Source: Escherichia phage vB_EcoM_G2285
Strand: one strand, 5' to 3'
Sequence record: MK327933.1
DNA: 64,000 bases
Part shown: in pieces, positions 36,122-44,415 of the stretch
Position numbering within the stretch: the first letter of the stretch is position 1
Layout: each line of letters opens with the position of its first letter
The notes under the pieces: generated by a model
Told to the model about the DNA's origin: nothing
Database searches by the model: none
What the model saw: the letters and a program-made list of their open reading frames with translations, nothing else
Made by a program: the position numbers and the translations under genes

Positions 36122-37078
36122 TTATTTGAAAGGTTTTACCATATGGAAATTTTGTTTGAAACGTTTGACGTAATCATCATGTCCTAAACTTTGGTACATA
36201 CTTACTACTTTGCGGTAGTTTTCCCAGGCATACTCACGAAACCAGCCAGAGGTGATGCTTGTACAGACTTTTTCTAATGCCATCATGAAACTGGCTTCAG
36301 GGTTAATTTTAAAGTCATTAGGAATTTGAGAACGTTCTAATGCTAGTACACATGATTCTTCGTATACACCGGCCAATTTGACCATTTCCGGTAATGATTC
36401 GAACTTCTCGCGTGAGGTCATGACTTCAGAACCGTCTTTCATATAAAATGTATACGCTGGACGGTCTGTTAGTGCAATGGCTTCGTGAATAGTATCATGG
36501 TCATATGTATAGATGTCATCTTTAAAGAACGCACTTTTAGAAGTGTCAAGAACCGGGTGAGCATAGTTCAAGGTTTCTTTCTGGCGTTTCAGCATAATTT
36601 CAGTAAGTTCATCGTTCAGTGTAACACCTTTACCACGAAGATACTGAATATGGTTCATAGTCTTTAAAAAGAATGGATTATTTTTCTTGAAACGATGAGA
36701 CATCTTAATTGCAAGGCACATCTCAGGAGTTGCCCAGTAAAACCCGTTCAAACGGTCTTTAGTCAAATTTTTCTTGGCGTATTTTAAAAGGTCATAAGAA
36801 GACGTGAAATCTTCAGGAGTGAGTTCACCGACTAATTCACGGACATTAGTAATTGCCGGAACAATATATGCTTCAAAATGAGTTTCGCGTCCGTTATGGA
36901 AGCATTTGAAAACTTGGACATCAGGGTTATCTTGGTGAACATATACACCCATCATTTGATTTTTGAATGCATTCCAAGAACATTGGTCCGCAATAAAGTC
37001 CCAATCGCTATTTTTGATAGCGCTAGAATCAATAAGACCGTGATAGTGAAGTGCACGAGAACCAATAACTAACATCAT
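36122..37078 (-). CDS. Hypothetical 318 aa protein with a weak nucleotidyltransferase-like N-terminal motif
   Basis: N-terminus VIGSRALHYHGLIDSSAIKNSDWDF loosely resembles GS...DxD; function unknown. Confidence 0.45.
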   Translation of the reverse strand: MMLVIGSRALHYHGLIDSSAIKNSDWDFIADQCSWNAFKNQMMGVYVHQDNPDVQVFKCFHNGRETHFEAYIVPAITNVRELVGELTPEDFTSSYDLLKYAKKNLTKDRLNGFYWATPEMCLAIKMSHRFKKNNPFFLKTMNHIQYLRGKGVTLNDELTEIMLKRQKETLNYAHPVLDTSKSAFFKDDIYTYDHDTIHEAIALTDRPAYTFYMKDGSEVMTSREKFESLPEMVKLAGVYEESCVLALERSQIPNDFKINPEASFMMALEKVCTSITSGWFREYAWENYRKVVSMYQSLGHDDYVKRFKQNFHMVKPFK

Positions 37079-37106
37079 AATATTTTCCTCGGATTAATTC
37101 ATTAAC

Positions 37107-37358
37107 TTAAATTTCACGACATGCGATATTATATTCATCCCAGAGGTCATCATATGAAGCCTCTACCAAAGGAACGATTGTACCGTTTATGTCTTCATTA
37201 TAAGGGCAAATTGTACAGTGCGCATCTTCGAATCGGATGCCTTTGTGTTCAGATTTTTTATAACGCATATCGAATATCTTTGCAAACTTTTCACGAGTAA
37301 TGGTTTTACTAACCAATTTGGTTCCGATACTTTCGTAATAAATCATTGTGGACTCCAT
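37107..37358 (-). CDS. Hypothetical small protein
   Basis: 83 aa ORF with CxxC pair (CTICPYN). Confidence 0.45.
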   Translation of the reverse strand: MESTMIYYESIGTKLVSKTITREKFAKIFDMRYKKSEHKGIRFEDAHCTICPYNEDINGTIVPLVEASYDDLWDEYNIACREI

Positions 37359-37366
37359 TTAATTTG

Positions 37367-37404
37367 ATAGGACTACTATAACATAGCCCTATCTTGTTGT
37401 AAAC
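37367..37404 (-). promoter_or_regulatory. Promoter/stem-loop cassette (PeSL-like)
   Basis: Palindrome ATAGGACTACTATAACATAGCCCTAT (37367-37392) plus minus-strand GTTTAC (37399-37404). Confidence 0.5.
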
Positions 37405-37408
37405 TGTT

Positions 37409-37606
37409 TTAGCAAGAATAACTAGATGATACCCAGCCTTGAACAGTGATACTATTGTGGGATAATGAGATCGCGTCCTGGAGATTCAGACCTGCGTTAT
37501 CTTCAATCCATAATGTAACTTCTTCGCGTTCTTCTGTTGCAATTTGGAACAGGTTTTCCAGAGCAGCTACTGCCGTACGTACAGCACAATCTAATTCACG
37601 AGACAT
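37409..37606 (-). CDS. Small protein ending in GWVSSSYSC
   Basis: 65 aa ORF; shares the C-terminal WVSSS-x-x-C tail with the adjacent ORF. Confidence 0.45.
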   Translation of the reverse strand: MSRELDCAVRTAVAALENLFQIATEEREEVTLWIEDNAGLNLQDAISLSHNSITVQGWVSSSYSC

Positions 37607-37615
37607 ATTGTTTCC

Positions 37616-37921
37616 TTAGCACAACGCAGAAGACGAAACCCAAGCACCTTCAGTAATAACGTAACCATTACCTTCACGCTTAACATCGCCACCATTATTT
37701 TCAATTTCATCTTTCATCCACTGGTATACGATTTCACCCTTAGGATAATAAGTACGACCGCTACCATAATCACCTACAGAAAATGATACGGCATATTGGT
37801 CTGCGATCTTTGTTGCTTCTTCTTCGATACGTTCAGCTTGATTCAGAAGTTTATAAATTGCATCTGAAGCGGATTTGGCATCATTAAACTCTGGTACTTT
37901 AATTTCAATAATCTTACTCAT
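37616..37921 (-). CDS. Small protein ending in AWVSSSALC
   Basis: 101 aa ORF; shares the C-terminal WVSSS-x-x-C tail with the adjacent ORF. Confidence 0.5.
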   Translation of the reverse strand: MSKIIEIKVPEFNDAKSASDAIYKLLNQAERIEEEATKIADQYAVSFSVGDYGSGRTYYPKGEIVYQWMKDEIENNGGDVKREGNGYVITEGAWVSSSALC

Positions 37922-38277
37922 TTTCTACATTCCTTAATAAAGTTTTCGATTGTTTCATTTTCACGTCTAGCTAAGAGTTCATTATAACTAATCATTTGAG
38001 AAGCGTAAACCTTTTTATTTTTCTTGTTATGGTTTATAAAATCGTAGTAAAAATAGACTACAGTACAAAATGATGCGATGGATGCAAAGGCTTGGGTATA
38101 CCGTAAGTCCTGCCATTGGTCTGTGAATCCACCAGTGTTCCCTATAAATCCTAACACAACGCCATCAATAAGAAATCCAACTAATCCAAAGGCAAATCCC
38201 ATGCCAATACTCATAATAAAAATTAGAATGTTCTCACCAAGAGAAGGCCATATGGTTAAGAGTTGAGGCTTTTGCAT
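37918..38277 (-). CDS. Small membrane protein with C-terminal ENFIKECR motif
   Basis: 119 aa; hydrophobic N-terminal half; C-terminus ...RENETIENFIKECRK. Confidence 0.55.
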   Translation of the reverse strand: MQKPQLLTIWPSLGENILIFIMSIGMGFAFGLVGFLIDGVVLGFIGNTGGFTDQWQDLRYTQAFASIASFCTVVYFYYDFINHNKKNKKVYASQMISYNELLARRENETIENFIKECRK

Positions 38278-38651
38278 CTTATTTCCTTAACGAATTCCAT
38301 AGCTTCTTCATATTCATACTTTTTAACAGCCTCGTCATATTGAGCTCTTGCTTTTGCACATTGAATTTTCCATTCGCGTACTCGAGCTCTATAATGACGT
38401 CCTTGGTACCAATATCCCACCCAGTTAATAGGCATTAATAAAAATGGCACAATAAACGACCCGGCTATAATAAGTAAAAACACTGCATCAGACGATATAA
38501 CTTCACTAGAATCTAAAACAGCTCCTATAATCATAAAGATTAAAAATGCTAAAGCTAAAATAGGGCCAAATAGTACTTCATTTGGGATTAATTTACGCTT
38601 GTATTCATACGCCCAGGGCTTAATTGGCATGTACAGGGTTGGCTTTGACAT
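38256..38651 (-). CDS. Small membrane protein with degenerate C-terminal EFVKEIRC motif
   Basis: ORF 38256-38681, start probably MSKPTLY at 38651; two TM helices; C-terminus ...EEAMEFVKEIRCKSLNS. Confidence 0.5.
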   Translation of the reverse strand: MSKPTLYMPIKPWAYEYKRKLIPNEVLFGPILALAFLIFMIIGAVLDSSEVISSDAVFLLIIAGSFIVPFLLMPINWVGYWYQGRHYRARVREWKIQCAKARAQYDEAVKKYEYEEAMEFVKEIRCKSLNS

Positions 38652-39243
38652 ATTCTCTACATTCCATAATAAATTGCTCAAGGATTAAATTGTTAGTGAA
38701 ATTAGGACTAACAACCATGGTTTCATAAAGCGCATCAATAGCACTTAAAGCATCAACTCTTTTAAGCAAAGGCTTGCCTTCATACATAGTTTCAGAATCG
38801 ATGATTAACGTAAAGTAATATTTTTTATTATCGACTAGAACTTCTGTATCGATATAAAACATATTAGACCTCAGAAGCTTATCTCTAAAACCATAATAAT
38901 CTTCAGAGCGTTCGCTGATATATTCCCATTCAGTGTTTAAACAACAAACAGACCATGTAGGAGCAACGAAATCAGTGAATCTAATATCATGGTCTGCAAC
39001 TAGTTTAGCAATAGCTCCGATATCATGAATCATAATACCTGGGGCTAATAAAGATTTTCTGCTATGGCCGGCCGTTTTCTCGGTGGTCTCATAAGAAGAC
39101 GACCAGTACCATTTACGTCCAGTTGCAACATATCGTAATGAATCAACTAAAGACGTAGGTGGATTTACCTTATCTCGGAACTCTTCGAACATTGAGTCAA
39201 TATCATTATTTTGGTTTCGCATGTTAACTCCTTTATTATCCAA
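38620..39243 (-). CDS. Hypothetical protein with C-terminal EQFIMECRE motif
   Basis: 207 aa ORF; C-terminal ...LILEQFIMECREYVKANPVHAN. Confidence 0.5.
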   Translation of the reverse strand: MDNKGVNMRNQNNDIDSMFEEFRDKVNPPTSLVDSLRYVATGRKWYWSSSYETTEKTAGHSRKSLLAPGIMIHDIGAIAKLVADHDIRFTDFVAPTWSVCCLNTEWEYISERSEDYYGFRDKLLRSNMFYIDTEVLVDNKKYYFTLIIDSETMYEGKPLLKRVDALSAIDALYETMVVSPNFTNNLILEQFIMECREYVKANPVHAN

Positions 39244-39271
39244 AAGGAGGACCGGAGTCCTCCGTATTATT

Positions 39272-39865
39272 TTATTTCAAAGAGTTAATATATTCTTGTA
39301 CATCAGCAGAAGTGGTTTCGACACCAGCTGGAGTGCCATTGAACGTTTCAACACGAGTCAGAGTGTCTTCGATATCAACCTTAGTCAGTGCAGCGATTTC
39401 AATTACATCATCGGCCGTAGAGATACCAAGGGCATTGGCTGCTCGAGTTTCACGAATGTATTCGAGTTTGATTGCTAGATTCTGACGAGCATCATCAAGT
39501 TCAACCACCTTACGAGCAATTTCAATTCGCATAGCGGCATACCCGTCAGCTTTTGTATTAAGTTGTTCGGCAGTTCGACGATACAGAAGACCAAGCTTAG
39601 CATGCATGGTAACATCTTGTCCTTCAGCCAAGAGCTTACGAATTTCACGTTCCTTAGAAGCGGCTTGCTTGTTCTTTTCATTAACAAGTTCGCGAATACG
39701 TTTTTCTTCATTAATAGATTTAACAGAAGCCGTTTTTAGTTCTTTGATTTGGGTAATCAACTTATCTGCAGCTGCGTTATACTGTTCTTCGACAGTCAGA
39801 TTTTTAGCCATAGCAGTACCCAGTTTAGTGCGGATGAATTCGACAAGTTTCTTCAGTGTGTTCAT
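39272..39865 (-). CDS. Coiled-coil protein, possibly PspA/IM30-like
   Basis: ORF 39272-39880, likely start MNTLKKL at 39865; about 200 aa of predicted continuous alpha-helical coiled coil; resemblance to PspA is by composition and length only. Confidence 0.4.
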   Translation of the reverse strand: MNTLKKLVEFIRTKLGTAMAKNLTVEEQYNAAADKLITQIKELKTASVKSINEEKRIRELVNEKNKQAASKEREIRKLLAEGQDVTMHAKLGLLYRRTAEQLNTKADGYAAMRIEIARKVVELDDARQNLAIKLEYIRETRAANALGISTADDVIEIAALTKVDIEDTLTRVETFNGTPAGVETTSADVQEYINSLK

Positions 39866-39900
39866 ATTATTACCTTTCAATTGGTGGTTTATTATCCAAC

Positions 39901-39936
39901 GAGAGCATTATACTCTGCTCTCAAGAGATTGTAAAT
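39901..39936 (-). promoter_or_regulatory. Early-type promoter cassette, copy 2 of the duplicated ~50 bp element
   Basis: TTATTATCCAACGAGAGCATTATACTCTGCTCTCAAGAGATTGTAAAT; differs at two positions from the copy at 12.2 kb. Confidence 0.5.
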
Positions 39937-40163
39937 TATTTTTTAATCAAATTGACATAAAACTCGGCGTCTTCCGGGTGCATGCCTTCGCAGTATTCTT
40001 CAACCATGAACTTCTTAACAGCTTCATAAGGACCGCTCAGATTAAGCTCAGTTGTCCAGAACTTGGAATCTTGGACCGAATCGATACGAACTTCAGGGTG
40101 ACGGTTGCGAATAACTTCTTCTGTGTATTCATAATCAACGACATCAATACTAACTTTAGCCAT
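39936..40163 (-). CDS. Hypothetical small acidic protein
   Basis: 75 aa ORF. Confidence 0.5.
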   Translation of the reverse strand: MAKVSIDVVDYEYTEEVIRNRHPEVRIDSVQDSKFWTTELNLSGPYEAVKKFMVEEYCEGMHPEDAEFYVNLIKK

Positions 40164-40193
40164 TTTATTTTCCTCTCATTTGATTTGATAAGT

Positions 40194-40224
40194 CTATAGT
40201 ATCACCATCCTTGGTGCTTGTACA
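40194..40224 (-). promoter_or_regulatory. Early-type promoter with palindromic spacer
   Basis: Minus strand TGTACA - spacer with hairpin CACCA-AGGA-TGGTG - TACTATAG. Confidence 0.4.
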
Positions 40225-40247
40225 TCGTTATTTTTAATTTTTCCAAC

Positions 40248-40535
40248 TTAACAACTTGTAGTGTCCTTCATACGTGGTTTATCCCAAGAAATACTAATAT
40301 ATGATTCACTGTCAATAGAAGTCGCCGGGTTTTTCTCTACCGTAAGACCTTCACTTTCCAGCCATTCAATAGTATTTGCGCATAAATCGGAAGAACACCT
40401 CATCGGGAACCGGCAAGATTTTTCACCTTTAGCTGCAGTGTTATACATCTTTTCTAAAATACGCTTTTGAACGTTTTTAAAAATAGTTTCAGCAGATTCT
40501 TCAGATTTTTTATTCAGTTCAGTGTAAAGACCCAT
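40248..40535 (-). CDS. Hypothetical cysteine-containing small protein
   Basis: 95 aa ORF. Confidence 0.5.
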   Translation of the reverse strand: MGLYTELNKKSEESAETIFKNVQKRILEKMYNTAAKGEKSCRFPMRCSSDLCANTIEWLESEGLTVEKNPATSIDSESYISISWDKPRMKDTTSC

Positions 40536-40625
40536 AATATTCTCCTCATGTTTTGATAGGTCTATAGTAACACATCTAGGGAAGAAGTAAACATCTTTAT
40601 GAAATATTTTTATGCCCTAGATACC

Positions 40626-40651
40626 AAAAAACCCCAACCATAAGGAAGGGG
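40626..40651 (-). terminator. Rho-independent terminator downstream of the tRNA cluster
   Basis: Hairpin CCCCTTCCTTATGGTTGGGG followed by TTTTTT on the minus strand; near-identical to the terminator at 27092-27119. Confidence 0.55.
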
Positions 40652-40704
40652 CTAAGCCTTGCGGCAACCTTGTCGGGGTTCCACCTGCTAAGGCAAGTGT
40701 TTGT

Positions 40705-40796
40705 ACGAAACGCCGGGATTTGAACCCGGTTATTAAGTAGTTGACGCTACTCAATATTTTTAAAAGGCCATATCTCGACCGTATCCGAACGTTCCG
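40705..40796 (-). ncRNA. tRNA-like structured RNA (canonical T-arm and acceptor-type pairing; body not canonical)
   Basis: T-arm CCGGG-TTCAAAT-CCCGG; putative acceptor pairing CGGAACG / CGTTTCG; no standard D or anticodon arm found by eye; could be a small stable RNA or a type II tRNA. Confidence 0.3.
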
Positions 40797-41052
40797 TCAA
40801 AAACGCTACTCGGCTTACGGCAAAGATATTTCCTCGAATCGATAATTCTGTGCGCCGTTTCTGCTGTGATGTAAGGGGATATTAACGAATCATAAAGATT
40901 TATTAAGACCAGTCCTTACTCAGGGAACATCAGTCCGACGACTTACCGGTAGCGACCCGGCTTCTTATTTTGGCATATCATCAATTTGATCCTATAAAAT
41001 ATAGGAGTATTTATTATTTGGATAGAGCACTTAATTTACTTCGTTTAAATTA

Positions 41053-41124
41053 CTGGCGCACTTGGACTCGAACCAAGATAAAGGAGTTAACAGCTCCCCG
41101 TAATAACCTTTATACGATGCACCA
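41053..41124 (-). tRNA. tRNA-Asn (anticodon GUU), CCA not encoded
   Basis: Hand-folded cloverleaf: acceptor TGGTGCA/TGCGCCA (one G-U), D-loop AAAGGTTA, anticodon stem GGGAG/CTCCT with loop CTGTTAA, T-arm CTTGG-TTCGAGT-CCAAG. Confidence 0.6.
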
Positions 41125-41130
41125 TTTGTT

Positions 41131-41205
41131 TGGTGACCCTGGCTGGTTTCGATCCAGCTACCTATCAGTTATGAGCTGACAGCTCTCCCATTGAGCTACA
41201 GGGCC
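41131..41205 (-). tRNA. tRNA with CAU anticodon (Met, or Ile if C34 is modified), CCA encoded
   Basis: Hand-folded cloverleaf: acceptor GGCCCTG/CAGGGTC, D-stem GCTC/GAGC, anticodon stem GTCAG/CTGAT with loop CTCATAA, T-arm GCTGG-ATCGAAA-CCAGC, 3' ACCA. Confidence 0.6.
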
Positions 41206-41326
41206 TAAATAACTTTCTATTATGAAAGGCACTTTAGAGCACCTTTGGTAATAGAGGGTACTTATTAATAATAACACATAATTCTTAAAGCAAATTAATC
41301 ATTTTTACTGTCAGTAAAACAATTTC

Positions 41327-41611
41327 TCACCATATTGTGTATGTGTTCTGAATGCAATCAAGTCCTAAAGGATTCTTGAAGATGTCGTATTCAACTGGGC
41401 CTGATTCAGTTTCAATAAAGAAATCAAAATTAACCGTGTTGAATTTACGGTCTTCCCAAATCAATTTAACTTGTGAAGATGAACGGTCGACATAAACCTT
41501 TTCAACTTCAAAATTAGTCAGAATACCGTAGTCATCGACTAGTGCTTTAGCTGCACGTTGATCGCTTTCATATCCATTCTCAATGGACGATACTTTAGCA
41601 TAAAGAATCAT
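41327..41611 (-). CDS. Hypothetical protein
   Basis: 94 aa ORF. Confidence 0.5.
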   Translation of the reverse strand: MILYAKVSSIENGYESDQRAAKALVDDYGILTNFEVEKVYVDRSSSQVKLIWEDRKFNTVNFDFFIETESGPVEYDIFKNPLGLDCIQNTYTIW

Positions 41612-41985
41612 GAATGTTCCACCATTTCAAAGGTATGAGCATCAACAATATGATACCAGTCAAAATTTTCTTCTGCGTTTTTATAAATTTCGCGAAGAGC
41701 CTCAACAGTTTTTCCTGTAGCAACAAGGTCGTCAATACCACCAAGAGGATAACAGTCACCAGCAAACAGAAGGAAATTAATAGTTTCTGTAGGTTCTGGA
41801 TGCAGAACACCGTTATCGTCTACCACTTCAAAGAAAGTGTAAGAAGGAGTACAAGTTTTAATCCAAGCCCATGCTTGAGCTACTGAATCAAATGGTCTGC
41901 GTATCAAACGACAATCAGGGTCTTTAGAAGGATTTGCTTCAAAATCAGCATATACGTGGTATTTCATTTTACTCACCTTTTGCAA
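41608..41985 (-). CDS. Hypothetical protein
   Basis: 125 aa ORF (start may be the internal MKYHVYADFE). Confidence 0.5.
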   Translation of the reverse strand: MQKVSKMKYHVYADFEANPSKDPDCRLIRRPFDSVAQAWAWIKTCTPSYTFFEVVDDNGVLHPEPTETINFLLFAGDCYPLGGIDDLVATGKTVEALREIYKNAEENFDWYHIVDAHTFEMVEHS

Positions 41986-42175
41986 TTTTATCCATAACGA
42001 TAGCGATTAAGCTGATTAGAAATGCTACTACCAATGAGATAGAGTTTTCAGTTGTTGTCAGTAGTCCACAAATGAATCCTACAAACATCGAAAAACTAAA
42101 AGCCATTGAAGCAATTACTACAGCAACATTACGAATCAGTTCAGCGCGTTTCATTTTATTTCTCCATTTACTCAT
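41969..42175 (-). CDS. Small membrane protein
   Basis: 68 aa; two hydrophobic helices. Confidence 0.5.
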   Translation of the reverse strand: MSKWRNKMKRAELIRNVAVVIASMAFSFSMFVGFICGLLTTTENSISLVVAFLISLIAIVMDKIAKGE

Positions 42176-42183
42176 TTGTTTTG

Positions 42184-42221
42184 ATAGGACTACTATAACA
42201 TAGTCCTATAGGCTTGTATAC
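42184..42221 (-). promoter_or_regulatory. Promoter/stem-loop cassette (PeSL-like)
   Basis: Palindrome ATAGGACTACTATAACATAGTCCTAT (42184-42209) and -35-like GTATAC (42216-42221). Confidence 0.5.
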
Positions 42222-42223
42222 CT

Positions 42224-42487
42224 TTATTTCAAATATATTGCGTATTTTTTATAGCCACCAGGCTCGTGTCGAAGACCTTTATCATTCGCAAAACGTTGAA
42301 TGTTATTGAACTGATTTTCATCAAGTTCGGATGTGTCAAATATGAAAAAGTTTCGTTTGTTACCAAGCGTGATATGCGGAGTTAAGTCAATGTTATACAA
42401 ATTAAGAATATCAGCAATAACCTGTTTGGCCGCTTTGTTAATTTTCACACCAGACGATTCTGAGATGAATTCGTTGAAAGTTTTCAT
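42224..42487 (-). CDS. Internal-protein-like small protein with capsid-targeting N-terminus
   Basis: ORF 42224-42499; from MKTFNEFISESSG it is 87 aa; located in the ipI-equivalent locus next to 57B. Confidence 0.55.
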   Translation of the reverse strand: MKTFNEFISESSGVKINKAAKQVIADILNLYNIDLTPHITLGNKRNFFIFDTSELDENQFNNIQRFANDKGLRHEPGGYKKYAIYLK

Positions 42488-42511
42488 TTTAGGTTCCATT
42501 TGGTTGTTTTG

Positions 42512-42549
42512 ATAGGACTACTATAACATAGTCCTATCATGTTGTAAAC
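42512..42549 (-). promoter_or_regulatory. Promoter/stem-loop cassette (PeSL-like)
   Basis: Palindrome ATAGGACTACTATAACATAGTCCTAT (42512-42537) plus minus-strand GTTTAC (42544-42549). Confidence 0.5.
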
Positions 42550-42857
42550 TATTTTATTCCGCGTGATGCAATTGTGTTCTGTCGTTTAACACCAGTTTGT
42601 TTAAAGTCATGATTGTCGATTTGATCGGTACGAGCAACTCCGAATGATGATTTGATTTTAGCTTTAGATCCTTTAGTTATAGAAATAAACATCTCGGAAG
42701 CCCCTTTCTTAAAGTCCGAAGCGATTACTTCAACACCGTTCTTAGCAAGTGACTTCAGAATTGCATCCGCAAACTCATCGTCAAGACCTACCTGAGTATA
42801 AATAATAAATGTCTTTGGTGCAGCAGCTTCATTGATAAATTCTTTAAATGTTTTCAT
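42549..42857 (-). CDS. Internal-protein-like small protein with capsid-targeting N-terminus
   Basis: 102 aa; N-terminal MKTFKEFINEAAA; basic. Confidence 0.55.
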   Translation of the reverse strand: MKTFKEFINEAAAPKTFIIYTQVGLDDEFADAILKSLAKNGVEVIASDFKKGASEMFISITKGSKAKIKSSFGVARTDQIDNHDFKQTGVKRQNTIASRGIK

Positions 42858-42886
42858 TTTATTTCCTTTAATTTTGTTTTGTTTTG

Positions 42887-42924
42887 ATAGGACTACTATA
42901 ACATAGCCCTATAACATTGTAAAC
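42887..42924 (-). promoter_or_regulatory. Promoter/stem-loop cassette (PeSL-like)
   Basis: Palindrome ATAGGACTACTATAACATAGCCCTAT (42887-42912) plus minus-strand GTTTAC (42919-42924). Confidence 0.5.
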
Positions 42925-42937
42925 TGTTTTGTGAAAA

Positions 42938-43623
<686 letters not shown>

Positions 43624-43627
43624 TTTA

Positions 43628-44362
43628 TTACCTTAAGATTGTTTCAATTTTAGAATAAAGCTCTTCTAAAGAGCCGTCGTTTGTAATAACTAAATCGCCT
43701 TCTTCAATAGGCAACCCAGCTTCTGTAATATGTTTATCAGTGGATTCCGTACCAGAGCGAACCACATGAATAACTGTAGCACCCATCGCTCTAGCGGTTT
43801 CCATTTCATGGACTTGGCGTGTATCTGTTACAACATAGTAATCGAAATCACTTCCAATATAATCCATATAGTTTAATGCAAAAAGCTTAACCCAATACAT
43901 ACGGTCAAATAAATTAACGACAACATCCGTACCGAGGGCTTGCATAAGACGGCGGATTGACCATGTGTCGTTGATATTATTTATAACTTCACGCAGGGCT
44001 TCATATGGTTTAATATCTAGATACGAATATCCACCTTCTAACGATGATAATACTTTAACATTATTAATCGGTAAATATTGACTTTGCAAATAAATTAGCG
44101 CTTCTTCCAATAATTCAATAACATCCAACTTATTGAGATTTAATGGTGTTTCACGGTCGTATCCAATGCCTTCAAAGTATTCGTATTTCAACTCTGTGAA
44201 TACATCAGGATTTTCAGCATGCCTACGTCCCCAGGCTATTGCTAGAGCGTCTTTAATTGGATATGCTAATTGGTATTTTACGGATTTAAAGTTTGAATTG
44301 ATGTAATCAGCAGTAGTGTCTTTACCACTACGTTTGATGCCACTTAAAAAGATTAGCTCCAT
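43628..44362 (-). CDS. 1: Deoxynucleoside monophosphate kinase gp1
   Basis: 244 aa; P-loop FLSGIKRSGKDTTAD; ...VRRLMQALGTD...DRMYWVKLFA... Confidence 0.9.
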   Translation of the reverse strand: MELIFLSGIKRSGKDTTADYINSNFKSVKYQLAYPIKDALAIAWGRRHAENPDVFTELKYEYFEGIGYDRETPLNLNKLDVIELLEEALIYLQSQYLPINNVKVLSSLEGGYSYLDIKPYEALREVINNINDTWSIRRLMQALGTDVVVNLFDRMYWVKLFALNYMDYIGSDFDYYVVTDTRQVHEMETARAMGATVIHVVRSGTESTDKHITEAGLPIEEGDLVITNDGSLEELYSKIETILR

Positions 44363-44415
44363 AGGTTTTCCTCGTATAATTTATGAGTGATTATAACATA
44401 CGGAGCTAGAAGCGA

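Noticed and set aside
39606-40199. Plus-strand ORF of 197 aa
   Set aside because: Antisense to the coiled-coil gene and the neighbouring small gene and crosses a promoter cassette; not consistent with the minus-strand gene tiling.
41010-41035. Plus-strand TTGGATAGAGCAC resembling a tRNA D-arm
   Set aside because: No complementary D-stem half upstream and the adjacent T-arm folds canonically only on the minus strand; coincidental.
40970-41179. Plus-strand ORF of 69 aa in the tRNA region
   Set aside because: Overlaps both hand-folded tRNAs on the opposite strand; coding is implausible.
26587-42924. Repeated 26-bp palindromes considered as a possible CRISPR array or transposon inverted repeats
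   Set aside because: Copies are kilobases apart with protein-coding genes between them, there is no regular repeat-spacer periodicity and no cas or transposase gene; they fit promoter/stem-loop cassettes.
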